From the IMG/VR virus record IMGVR_UViG_3300009514_000024, positions 1-63,892 of that record: DNA of 63,892 nt, one strand, 5' to 3'. Source of the stretch: a virus. Its lineage: Duplodnaviria; Caudoviricetes. The translations under genes and the position numbers were made by a program. Positions 8,135 to 16,367 of this stretch are shown here, piece by piece (the stretch's first letter is position 1; every line of letters starts with the position of its first letter). The notes under the pieces were generated by a model, which saw only the letters and a program-made list of their open reading frames with translations, did no database searches and was not told the origin of the DNA.

Positions 8135-8310
8135 GTAGTTTAAAAGAGGGCGGGTCTGATAAAATTGTGTTTTCTTTAATCTACCTTGCCAAGTAACATT
8201 CTCGAAAAAATGATGGTGGCAAGGGTTGGACTCGAACCAACAGACTTTAGTTTATGATACTAATGATTTATCCTGAAATTTTCTCATTAAGTGCCACTCT
8301 TTTAAACTAT
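8135..8310 (-). ncRNA. Y RNA-like ncRNA unit 4 (circularly permuted tRNA mimic, CAT anticodon arm)
   Basis: Long terminal stem; TTAGT-ATCATAA-ACTAA; T arm GTTGG-TTCGAGT-CCAAC; CCTTGCC-ACCA...GGCAAGG; late promoter at 8327-8334. Confidence 0.75.
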
Positions 8311-8353
8311 TTTTATGCTCTGATTTTATTTATAATACCAAGCTGTTTTGAAT

Positions 8354-9913
8354 TTAGGCCGTTAATTTCTTATTCTTATCGGCCAGTAATTCCTTCAACC
8401 CCACAGGCATTATTGCTTTTGCTTTCTCATTTTGAAACTCTACAAGGTGTCTTGCATATCCTTCCAAAGCAACTTTAGGGTTGTTTCTGGCGATAGCAAG
8501 GAACATAGATTCATTCAGACCTTCGATTCCTTTAACACCGATTTGGGGTGCTAGAGAAGTGATGTTTCTAGAATCCAGTGATTCGGAAGCAAACACAGGG
8601 TTTAAATGAAGAACCACAAGTTCATTCTGCGGATCTAATTTCTTCTTGTAAGTGTACAGGATGTTATGTGTAGCCCCTTCATATGGAGCATTTTCATATC
8701 CATCCCCAATAATTACAATTGTCTTACATCCATCTTTAAGAGCCTGTAAAACCGAATCAGCATAGTTGGATTGATTCTTCAGAGAAGGAATCAAACCAGT
8801 GCTTGGATTAGTTCGGTATTCTTTGAAAGTCCCTTTTGAGGCTTCTTTGAATACTGCACTTAAAGCCATCCCCTTATACAGAGGGTGATTTGGATTCTGT
8901 TTTGTACCATACATACTCAGTGAGGTATCCAAAATAACACCAACATCTTTCAGATCAAAGGATAGAGTTCTAGCCACCTTTTTAGCCTGTTTAGAAATCA
9001 GCTTTTTAATATTGGTCACTGTATCTGGCAACCTACTTTGTGCTGAAATATGTACAATCAAATCAAATAGTTTCAATTTGGAGATATCTAGTCCAGTAGA
9101 TTCACCAGACTTTTCAACCGCTTTACTTTTCAACCGTTTTTCTTTAGCAGTAAATTTCCCGCCTTTTTTAACAAACAGTTTATCAAATTCTTCTTTAGAA
9201 AGTCCAAACTTAGTCTGGAATCCTTCTGCGACAGTATAGGGAAGTGAAGCTAATAAATCTGAATCCCCATTCCGAACTTTCTCATAATTACGAATAACAT
9301 CTGGGGTGTTGCTATCAACTACTCCCATACGAATGTATTGGTGAATTGTGGAAAGTTTCAGTTCAGATTTTTTAACATGGATATGTCTCAAAATCCTGTT
9401 CATGGGTGTTCTATACTTAATAGCCCACAAACCCCAACTGTCTTTGTGTTCATTCAGGAATCTTCTTACCACATATACGGCTCTCTTCTTATTGATCTTG
9501 CCTTCCTGCAATGTGAGGAAGAAATCGAACACTCTTGGAATAGGCATATTGTTGAAGATTTGAAGCATGATCTCATTCTCCCATTGGGTAGTGGGATCTG
9601 CTTGGTGGTCTTTCAACCCTTCCTCTCTCAAGGTGTTTCGAATGAGATTCAATGCCATCAACTGTTTGTTGACATCATTAACCCCTTCTGGGAGCATCAT
9701 TAGTGAGTAGAAAAATCGTGAGTTCTTGAACACCTGTTCATGTTGGGATATCATAGCTTTCTTTTGTTCTTCAGCCAGATTATAGAAAGTGGTTCTCCCT
9801 ATATTTGATTGACATCCCGAAATAAATCCTAATAACTGATCAGAAGTCAGTTTTTTTTTCTTTGAAACTGTAGTAGTTGACTCTGATTCTCTTTCAAGTA
9901 AGTCTGTTGACAT
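8354..9913 (-). CDS. Ro60/TROVE-like protein: helical N-terminal region plus C-terminal vWA domain
   Basis: MIDAS motif ILDTSLSM and IVIIGDGYEN; 519 aa as in Ro60; adjacent tRNA-mimic RNAs. TROVE assignment is inference. Confidence 0.6.
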   Translation of the reverse strand: MSTDLLERESESTTTVSKKKKLTSDQLLGFISGCQSNIGRTTFYNLAEEQKKAMISQHEQVFKNSRFFYSLMMLPEGVNDVNKQLMALNLIRNTLREEGLKDHQADPTTQWENEIMLQIFNNMPIPRVFDFFLTLQEGKINKKRAVYVVRRFLNEHKDSWGLWAIKYRTPMNRILRHIHVKKSELKLSTIHQYIRMGVVDSNTPDVIRNYEKVRNGDSDLLASLPYTVAEGFQTKFGLSKEEFDKLFVKKGGKFTAKEKRLKSKAVEKSGESTGLDISKLKLFDLIVHISAQSRLPDTVTNIKKLISKQAKKVARTLSFDLKDVGVILDTSLSMYGTKQNPNHPLYKGMALSAVFKEASKGTFKEYRTNPSTGLIPSLKNQSNYADSVLQALKDGCKTIVIIGDGYENAPYEGATHNILYTYKKKLDPQNELVVLHLNPVFASESLDSRNITSLAPQIGVKGIEGLNESMFLAIARNNPKVALEGYARHLVEFQNEKAKAIMPVGLKELLADKNKKLTA

Positions 9914-9965
9914 TATTCTCTCCTGATTAATATTTGATTATAACTTATATTCTTTTGATTGGTTA

Positions 9966-10220
9966 CTAGTTATTTTTTTGGACTTTTTTCTTTTTATATT
10001 TGTACAAATGTTCAAACACATCTTGTGTTAAATTACTTGGTACAAACTCACTATCTAGAATTTTAAAAGTTACTATTCCGTCTTTGATTTTTATGATTTC
10101 AACTTCGGTATGGGTGTACCATATTTTATTTTCTTTCAAAGTCCAGATGGCTCCACTAGACAATCTTTTCTTTTTTAAATTTTCTATAAAGGAAGATTTA
10201 ATAAACCAATCAATCACCAT
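9966..10220 (-). CDS. Hypothetical protein
   Basis: ORF in operon context. Confidence 0.5.
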   Translation of the reverse strand: MVIDWFIKSSFIENLKKKRLSSGAIWTLKENKIWYTHTEVEIIKIKDGIVTFKILDSEFVPSNLTQDVFEHLYKYKKKKVQKNN

Positions 10221-10425
10221 CTAACCCTCCCACCAAACTGGTAAGTAAAGTGGCAGTGGCTTCATCAAAAGAATCGAAAACAGCAACTTCTTTTTTAGTG
10301 CCACCCTTTCGGATACCTTTTATCTGTACCCAAAAAACACCAAAATATCTTTTCTCTATAACGAATTTTTCTTTGAAAGGAACGATATTATATCTTCCCA
10401 ACTTAAAATCAAATTTTATTTTCAT
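10210..10425 (-). CDS. Hypothetical protein (probably leaderless)
   Basis: ATG 6 nt downstream of the TATGTT element of the bipartite promoter. Confidence 0.55.
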   Translation of the reverse strand: MKIKFDFKLGRYNIVPFKEKFVIEKRYFGVFWVQIKGIRKGGTKKEVAVFDSFDEATATLLTSLVGGLDGD

Positions 10426-10480
10426 GTTTATAACATATCTTATTATAAGCTAGAATATTCGATTTTTTGGACTTTTTATT

Positions 10481-10557
10481 TGGTAGGTGTAGCGGGACTC
10501 GAACCCGCACTGGATGGATTTTAAATCCACTGACTCTGCCAATTGGCCTATACACCC
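10481..10557 (-). tRNA. tRNA-Leu(TAA) with short variable loop
   Basis: Anticodon arm GTGGA-TTTAAAA-TCCAT; variable loop CCAGT; encoded CCA. Confidence 0.9.
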
Positions 10558-10558
10558 A

Positions 10559-10927
10559 TCAGCTATTTATAATCTCACCAAATTCCTGATAAACAATACT
10601 GATTGGTTTAATTATCGCTTTAGGAATACAGTTGTGCATATTCCTTGCCCCTACTGGATTAAAACTATGAATAAACATCTTTGCTGGTTGTCTTTCGGGG
10701 TTTTGCTCTAACCACTCTGCGACCTGATAACCTGTACCTTCCCCACTATCTACAAACACCTGTCCACCTAAATCATGGTCTAAGAATACCATATCCCAAT
10801 TTTTGGTTTCTAACATTTCAATACATTCACTGGCCGTATATACATGACAAACATAGTGCTCTATAGGAACTAGTTTTTTAATGTAATTATGTCTAGTTTG
10901 ATCATCATCTAAGAATAAAATATTCAT
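10559..10927 (-). CDS. Cyclic-phosphate-processing receiver-like domain protein
   Basis: ILFLDDD, FLDHDLG, TGYQVAEWL, IHSFNPVGARNM motifs. Confidence 0.75.
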   Translation of the reverse strand: MNILFLDDDQTRHNYIKKLVPIEHYVCHVYTASECIEMLETKNWDMVFLDHDLGGQVFVDSGEGTGYQVAEWLEQNPERQPAKMFIHSFNPVGARNMHNCIPKAIIKPISIVYQEFGEIINS

Positions 10928-11376
10928 ATTAAATATACCACTGGTTGAACTCTAGTTAATTCTTCTTCTATAATTTGTTCAATAATATCCCAATTTCCAC
11001 CAGCTAAACCTGCACCAATTTTAGGCATAGCTACTGTTTTATCTTTTTTTAAGACATGTCCAACAGAATTTATCAGTTTCATACATGAACGGATAGCATC
11101 ATAATCACAGTATCTTTTATTTTTTTTACCATAAAACTCTTGAGTTATACAATTGTAAATAGTAACATCTTTTTCATATGATATAATTATGGTTCCTAAA
11201 GTCAAATTATTACCATTTAATATATATCTTTGATGATAAATATCAAAAGCATTTGGCCACTTTTCTCTGATTAACTTTGCAACCCCTGATCCCATAACAC
11301 CTTGAGCATTGCAACCATGTGCAATGTAAGGTTCGGTTGCTTCTAGCAAATCTCCTTTTTTGTAAACAATTTTCAT
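10924..11376 (-). CDS. Macrodomain (ADP-ribose binding/processing) protein
   Basis: KGDLL...IAHGCNAQGVMGSGVA...MPKIGAGLAGGNW. Confidence 0.9.
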   Translation of the reverse strand: MKIVYKKGDLLEATEPYIAHGCNAQGVMGSGVAKLIREKWPNAFDIYHQRYILNGNNLTLGTIIISYEKDVTIYNCITQEFYGKKNKRYCDYDAIRSCMKLINSVGHVLKKDKTVAMPKIGAGLAGGNWDIIEQIIEEELTRVQPVVYLI

Positions 11377-11377
11377 A

Positions 11378-11602
11378 TTAGAAACTTGTAGGTTTAGCTA
11401 TGGATCTGACTAAGGCCATTATGCCTTTTTGTAAATCAGTTTGAGCTATACTTGCCCATCTTTGATCTGTTTCTGTGAGTGCTTTAACATCATCAACAAC
11501 TTTTTCAATTTCTTGTCCAAGTATTTTGACTTTGTTCATTTGAGATACTTCTTCTGTGGTGAGATCCCTGTAACCTTTGATATATTTGTGTTGGTTATCC
11601 AT
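11378..11602 (-). CDS. acb2: Anti-CBASS cyclic-nucleotide sponge, Acb2 family
   Basis: MDNQHKYIKGYRDLT...RWASIAQTDLQKGIMALVRSIAKPTSF closely follows the Acb2 pattern; start set to MDNQH. Confidence 0.88.
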   Translation of the reverse strand: MDNQHKYIKGYRDLTTEEVSQMNKVKILGQEIEKVVDDVKALTETDQRWASIAQTDLQKGIMALVRSIAKPTSF

Positions 11603-11819
11603 GATAATTCCCTTCAAATAAATGTCAGTATCCAGAAAACCCTATGTAATTATCTTCTGGTACAAAATGAGTAGATAATATAACGGTACATTTTTGAGTA
11701 TTTTCATCATAAGTTAGACTCTCAATACTTCCGTCTTGGTTATAAGATTCTAAACATTCGTTAAGAATTTCTTCTAATTGTTCTTCAATAAATTGTTTAT
11801 CCATAACACTTCCTTGTAA

Positions 11820-11891
11820 TAGCCAATAGGAGAATCGAACTCCTGTTTTCTGATCGAAAATCAGATGTCCTAACCACTAGACGAATCGGCC
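11820..11891 (-). tRNA. tRNA-Glu(TTC)
   Basis: Anticodon arm TCTGA-TTTTCGA-TCAGA; canonical D and T arms. Confidence 0.9.
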
Positions 11892-11908
11892 TTTTGTTTA
11901 TTTATAGT

Positions 11909-12373
11909 TTAGAGGTAAAAATAATCTTTCCTGTTTTTACTCTTTAATCTCTTCTGAATTGTAGGTAAAATGGTTTTAAGAGACTCACTTGCTTCTCTCA
12001 ATGTATGATATATTCTACCTTCCGCTTTAAATGGTCTACTTTTCCAATGGTTTTTGCCCATGTGTTGTTTAAATTTCTTTTTCCTGTTTCTGATCGTTTG
12101 TTTTGAAAAAAACTGTTGATACGACCAAGACAAGTTTCCTTTAGAAACATTTGTAAGGTCACCATCTTTGTATGTGATATGTAATCTATCGTATTCTTCG
12201 GGAAGAAAATGTTCTGCCATTAAATGTGCAACTCTCATTGAACGGCCATTTATAGAAACTAGAGGTTTACCAGAATGATCTTTGCGATTGGTGGATAATT
12301 GTACATTGCCTTTAAAAAATTCACCTTTACTTGTAATGAAATGGTTTGCTGTTCCATTAATTTTCTTTTTCAT
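11909..12373 (-). CDS. HNH/NUMOD-type homing endonuclease, possibly degenerate
   Basis: RVAHLMAEHFL...YKDGDLTNVSKGNLSW; C-terminal NUMOD1-like YHTLREASESL. Confidence 0.65.
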   Translation of the reverse strand: MKKKINGTANHFITSKGEFFKGNVQLSTNRKDHSGKPLVSINGRSMRVAHLMAEHFLPEEYDRLHITYKDGDLTNVSKGNLSWSYQQFFSKQTIRNRKKKFKQHMGKNHWKSRPFKAEGRIYHTLREASESLKTILPTIQKRLKSKNRKDYFYL

Positions 12374-12447
12374 AAGAAACTCCTTTTGGTTTCTTATAAC
12401 ATATATTCTTATGAAATTTTACAAGCGATTTCTTGGACTTTTATTAG

Positions 12448-12532
12448 TGGCAGAGGGTAGAGGAATTGAACCCCGAAGATTTCTCCCCCGCTAGTTTTCA
12501 AAACTAGTTGTACACCATGTACCGTACCCTCT
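12448..12532 (-). tRNA. tRNA-Ser(TGA), atypical D arm
   Basis: Anticodon arm CTAGT-TTTGAAA-ACTAG; long variable arm; G73 and CCA. Confidence 0.85.
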
Positions 12533-12678
12533 ATAATTCACTTATCAACCTTCCTGATTGCTTCAAGAATTTGATTATCAAGTTCTTCTGTAATGATCTT
12601 TTTCATTTCATCTGTATCAATAATGAAAAGAAATTCGTTCATTGTTATTGTTAAATCTTCACTTATTACAACATTCAT

Positions 12679-12885
12679 TTATTTCTTAGCCCAACTATCC
12701 AAGTAATGAACAATTAATTCTTTGATCAAAACTTTCAGTCTATTGAAATGTTCCAATTCCTGTTCTTCATTCATATCGGGAAGATCAATTTTTTTATTAA
12801 TCTTCGCTACTTGTTCATCTAAAAAATCATCACTTAAATATTTCTTTGCTTGTTTGACAATAATAGTCTTTACCCACTTAAACAT
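12679..12885 (-). CDS. Hypothetical protein
   Basis: AGGAG ribosome-binding site and late promoter at 12905. Confidence 0.6.
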   Translation of the reverse strand: MFKWVKTIIVKQAKKYLSDDFLDEQVAKINKKIDLPDMNEEQELEHFNRLKVLIKELIVHYLDSWAKK

Positions 12886-12914
12886 AATAAACTCCTTTTT
12901 CTTTTATTTATATG

Positions 12915-13007
12915 CGGAAGAAGTGGGAATCGAACCCACAGGCCCCAGTTTATTGGGGGCGACAGTTTAGCAAACTGCTGTAACGAGCCAGTATTTACCT
13001 TCCTTCC
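12915..13007 (-). tRNA. tRNA-Ser(GCT)
   Basis: Anticodon arm GCAGT-TTGCTAA-ACTGT; long variable arm; G73. Confidence 0.85.
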
Positions 13008-13022
13008 AAATATATTATAAAA

Positions 13023-13098
13023 TGGTCAGGATGCTCAGACTCGAACTGAGATTTTCTTGCTCCCAAAGCAAGCGGATTACCATTTTTCCCACACCCTG
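13023..13098 (-). tRNA. tRNA-Pro(TGG)
   Basis: Anticodon arm CTTGC-TTTGGGA-GCAAG; C1:G72; encoded CCA. Confidence 0.9.
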
Positions 13099-13117
13099 TT
13101 TTAAATATTATTATAAG

Positions 13118-13202
13118 CTGACATGGTAGGGATCGAACCTACTATGGGATTTCTCCAACAGATTAACAGTCTGCCCCCTGCTACCAATTCGGGTTCATGT
13201 CA
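13118..13202 (-). tRNA. tRNA-Asn(GTT) with long variable arm
   Basis: Acceptor TGACATG/CATGTCA, G73; anticodon arm GCAGA-CTGTTAA-TCTGT; variable hairpin GGA-GAAA-TCC. Confidence 0.85.
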
Positions 13203-13338
13203 TCACTTATGTTTATTTATATGTTTCCTAACTGCATTGACATTTACATCGTATATACTTCTTGTTCCTCTGTAACCGTATAATGAGACTTCTTTTATCA
13301 ATTTATTTATATCTTCGGGCCATTTTGCTTTTCTTGCA

Positions 13339-13521
13339 TTATATTTCTATATCTATCTTAGTTCCGTTTTTTGCAAATACGCCACATTTACAAGATTTTA
13401 CCATTTTTTTACGGCCTTCAGGTGGACAATAACTGATCCAAGTTATTTCATTGTCACATTCACCACAAATGGGTTTTTTGCTACCCCTGTTTGCGTTTTG
13501 ATTTTTTGAAGGTTTACCCAT
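13339..13521 (-). CDS. Small zinc-ribbon-like protein
   Basis: CxxC and CxC motifs. Confidence 0.5.
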   Translation of the reverse strand: MGKPSKNQNANRGSKKPICGECDNEITWISYCPPEGRKKMVKSCKCGVFAKNGTKIDIEI

Positions 13522-13522
13522 T

Positions 13523-13831
13523 TTATTTTCCTTTTATAAATTTCCAAACTTTTTTTGTGAATGCTTCAAAGCTAGTATCATCTTCTGGATCTAAGAATCT
13601 ATTAAAATCCAACACCCAAAAACTATAAACCATTGTATCGTAACTAGGCATAATACCGTATCGCCTTTCAAACTCATGATATTTATTTTCAGATATAGCT
13701 TTTATTCCGTTTTGGTAATCTTCTTCTATTATTTTATTCCTAAATGTGTATACTTGTTCGTTTCTAATTAACATCCAAATCAAGATACAAAAGATAAATG
13801 GTAAAACAAATGTTAACATTATAGTTAGCAT
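13523..13831 (-). CDS. Hypothetical membrane protein
   Basis: N-terminal hydrophobic helix. Confidence 0.55.
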   Translation of the reverse strand: MLTIMLTFVLPFIFCILIWMLIRNEQVYTFRNKIIEEDYQNGIKAISENKYHEFERRYGIMPSYDTMVYSFWVLDFNRFLDPEDDTSFEAFTKKVWKFIKGK

Positions 13832-13979
13832 TATAGTTCCTTATTTAATTCAAAATTAATACAACAGATATAAAAAAACATAAGGGTAAATACACCTGTC
13901 TCCACAAAAATCCCCACACCGCTTATTATATAAAGAGAGAATCTAATGATAATCCATTTATTTTTAGTGATAAACTCTT

Positions 13980-15023
13980 TTATTTCTTCCATGATTTATA
14001 CCATTCTTCATGTCTTAATGCATATTTCTTGTACCTAGAATAAGGCAAATTTAAGTTCCTTAGTAGTTTCTTAAATGAAGGTATCGGGTCACGATTGTTG
14101 TTAAACCTTTTATATTTAACTTCTTTTCCTTCTTTAGTAATTTTCTCAATGTATCTTAGATAAGAATGAACAAATTCAACACAATCATTCAGTTGTTCAT
14201 ACGAATCATAGGCATCCAAAAATCTAAACTCTATCGTAGCTCGTTTGCCTCTCCTAATATCTAATCTTATAACTCTGCCTTTGTTTCCAGAAAATAACTT
14301 AGTAATTGAGTATTTTGAAATAGCGGGGTTAGATAATGGAAAAACCCCTATGGGGTAATAAAGTTTACGTTTCTGTTTGAAATTTGGAACAATAAACATC
14401 GAATAATCTTCATTACAAAGAATCATGTCGTACATTTTATCATGTGTACTGTTTTTAGTATATGTAAGCATTTTAAATATATAATCTTGGCTCGAATTTG
14501 TGTACGGTCTGGCTGAAACATCATCTCCTACTTCATTAAACATCCAATTCAGATACGGTCTGTTAGAAATATCAGAATATAGATTAACCAAAAACTTAAA
14601 CAACATCTTTTTATGAAACAGCTTCAATGCAACGTGGATATGGCCACCCCCAGAAAATTCAGTTTCTAAGTGAGGTTTGATGTTATTCTTTTGAGCAAAC
14701 TGTGAAATTTTAAAATAAAAAGATTTCATGTCTTTGATGGTCTGAAATACTGGACTAGCTACCTCCACACACCCTTCATCATTATAAACTTTAAAAGGTT
14801 TCAGCTTTTTGTTTTTCATTCTAGAAAAGGATCTTTTACAACGGACTATTATTTCAGTCGTTTTCATTCTGAGTGGTGCTCTATGAGTGGATGGTGTTCT
14901 AAAAAGACGGGATGAACCGTCTTCATGTATTAAAGTCAAATCAAAATTAGGTTCTTCTTTCTGTATATTATCATTGAGATATGTAAACTCAACACCCCAT
15001 GAACCCCATTTTCTAAAAGTCAT
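13980..15023 (-). CDS. Putative amidoligase (COOH-NH2 ligase type) family protein
   Basis: GVEF, CVEVASPV, GGGHIHV and TIEFRF motifs. Confidence 0.7.
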   Translation of the reverse strand: MTFRKWGSWGVEFTYLNDNIQKEEPNFDLTLIHEDGSSRLFRTPSTHRAPLRMKTTEIIVRCKRSFSRMKNKKLKPFKVYNDEGCVEVASPVFQTIKDMKSFYFKISQFAQKNNIKPHLETEFSGGGHIHVALKLFHKKMLFKFLVNLYSDISNRPYLNWMFNEVGDDVSARPYTNSSQDYIFKMLTYTKNSTHDKMYDMILCNEDYSMFIVPNFKQKRKLYYPIGVFPLSNPAISKYSITKLFSGNKGRVIRLDIRRGKRATIEFRFLDAYDSYEQLNDCVEFVHSYLRYIEKITKEGKEVKYKRFNNNRDPIPSFKKLLRNLNLPYSRYKKYALRHEEWYKSWKK

Positions 15024-15097
15024 AATTTCTCTTTATGTTTATTTGATATTAATACTATATATTCTTAACGGGCATAATATGTTGAAATTTTGGACTT

Positions 15098-15529
15098 TTA
15101 TTTTTTATTTTTCAAGTGTTCTTTGTACCACTCATTTGTCAAGAAAACAATGTCAGGGTTTTTATGTCGCATATTAAATAGGCTTTTTCCTTCTTCTCCC
15201 CACTTGCATATTTTTTTCCACCATCTGTAATAACCCTTGTATGCTAATTCGGATTTGACTTTTCTTTTTTCTGTGTATTCAAATTCTACTACTTCAGTTT
15301 CAGCCAGATATGCTTCTAGCCTTGTATGGTTTTCTTTTCCTGTTTGCCGATCTTTTACGATATAAGATTTGAAGTGGTTTATGATGTGGCCAGAATTTGT
15401 ATAGATTTTCCCTTTGTTGCTAAATTTGGCGGTATTAATAACTTCACTGTTTTTATGTACACAATCGGAGCCACCGTTACTGTATAGTCCTGTAGGCGTG
15501 TGTCTTATTTTGTAAATAATTTTGTTCAT
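15098..15529 (-). CDS. Hypothetical protein
   Basis: YKIRHTPTGLYSNGG N-terminus typical of small phage proteins. Confidence 0.55.
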   Translation of the reverse strand: MNKIIYKIRHTPTGLYSNGGSDCVHKNSEVINTAKFSNKGKIYTNSGHIINHFKSYIVKDRQTGKENHTRLEAYLAETEVVEFEYTEKRKVKSELAYKGYYRWWKKICKWGEEGKSLFNMRHKNPDIVFLTNEWYKEHLKNKK

Positions 15530-16367
15530 CTAGGATCTCTTTGTATTCTTCGTACATTTCTTTAAAGTTATTAATTTTATCGTGATTTTGAATAAAATTT
15601 ATAGATTGTTCTATAAAATGTTTTACCTGTTTTATTGAAATGTTGTATTCGGTTGATAGCTGTTCATATGTATAAGGCCTATAACCATTTAAACCATATC
15701 TTTTTTCAAGTATCTCTCTTTCCATATCTGTCAATTCACCCATCATATCCTTAATCATATTAACATTTGTTTTCTCACAGAAGAGGTTTTCAGGATTTTC
15801 TCCATTAGGATTCTCTATAATTTCTTCCATTATCATATCATACATTTTTTCATTCAAAGAAACACTATTCTGATCTTTAATGTTAAACAGGTGACTAATC
15901 TCGCCAGACATTTCCACTTGATCGTTATACTGAATCTTCAAGAAGTTATTCAGTATGGTCAACTTCTTTTGAGGGATCTTAATCAGATTCCCCTTTTCGT
16001 GTATAGCTTTCAAGATAAATCCTTGAACATATAGTTTAGCATAGGATATGAATTTATAACCTCTGGCTATTTCATATCGGTCTACTGCTCTGGAAAGACC
16101 TATCATCCCTTCAGAAACTACATCCGAATTGGGTAAGCCTTTGTTGAAGTAATAATACGCAATTTGGAGAACAAATTTTGAATGCCCAAGGATTATTTTT
16201 TCCTTGGCTTTCTTGTTTCCATTAAAATATTGTATAAATAATTCATCTTCTTCTTTCTTTGTTAATACTTTTTGTTTTGAAATATCTCTCTGATAAAACA
16301 TAAAAGACTCTGCTATCATCCAACCACCTATATTTATTACCGTTATGAGACTTCCCACTCCAACCAA
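15477..16367 (-). CDS. Sigma70-family RNA polymerase sigma factor (no region 1.1)
   Basis: DVVSEGMIGLSRAVDRY...GYKFISYA (region 2) and LTDMEREILEKRYGL (region 4). True start probably downstream of 16367. Confidence 0.85.
   Translation of the reverse strand: MVGVGSLITVINIGGWMIAESFMFYQRDISKQKVLTKKEEDELFIQYFNGNKKAKEKIILGHSKFVLQIAYYYFNKGLPNSDVVSEGMIGLSRAVDRYEIARGYKFISYAKLYVQGFILKAIHEKGNLIKIPQKKLTILNNFLKIQYNDQVEMSGEISHLFNIKDQNSVSLNEKMYDMIMEEIIENPNGENPENLFCEKTNVNMIKDMMGELTDMEREILEKRYGLNGYRPYTYEQLSTEYNISIKQVKHFIEQSINFIQNHDKINNFKEMYEEYKEILDEQNYLQNKTHAYRTIQ

Noticed and set aside
7639-8310. CRISPR array or ordinary tRNA genes
   Set aside because: Units are paired arms enclosing structured cargo of variable length, not direct repeats with spacers; no cas genes; arm order is permuted or CCA is absent.
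8254-8478. Plus-strand 74-aa ORF
   Set aside because: Antisense to ncRNA unit 4 and the vWA gene end; no coding features.
12448-12532. Possible selenocysteine or opal-suppressor tRNA (TCA visible on the plus strand)
   Set aside because: The gene is on the minus strand, so the anticodon is TGA (Ser); acceptor stem is 7 bp.
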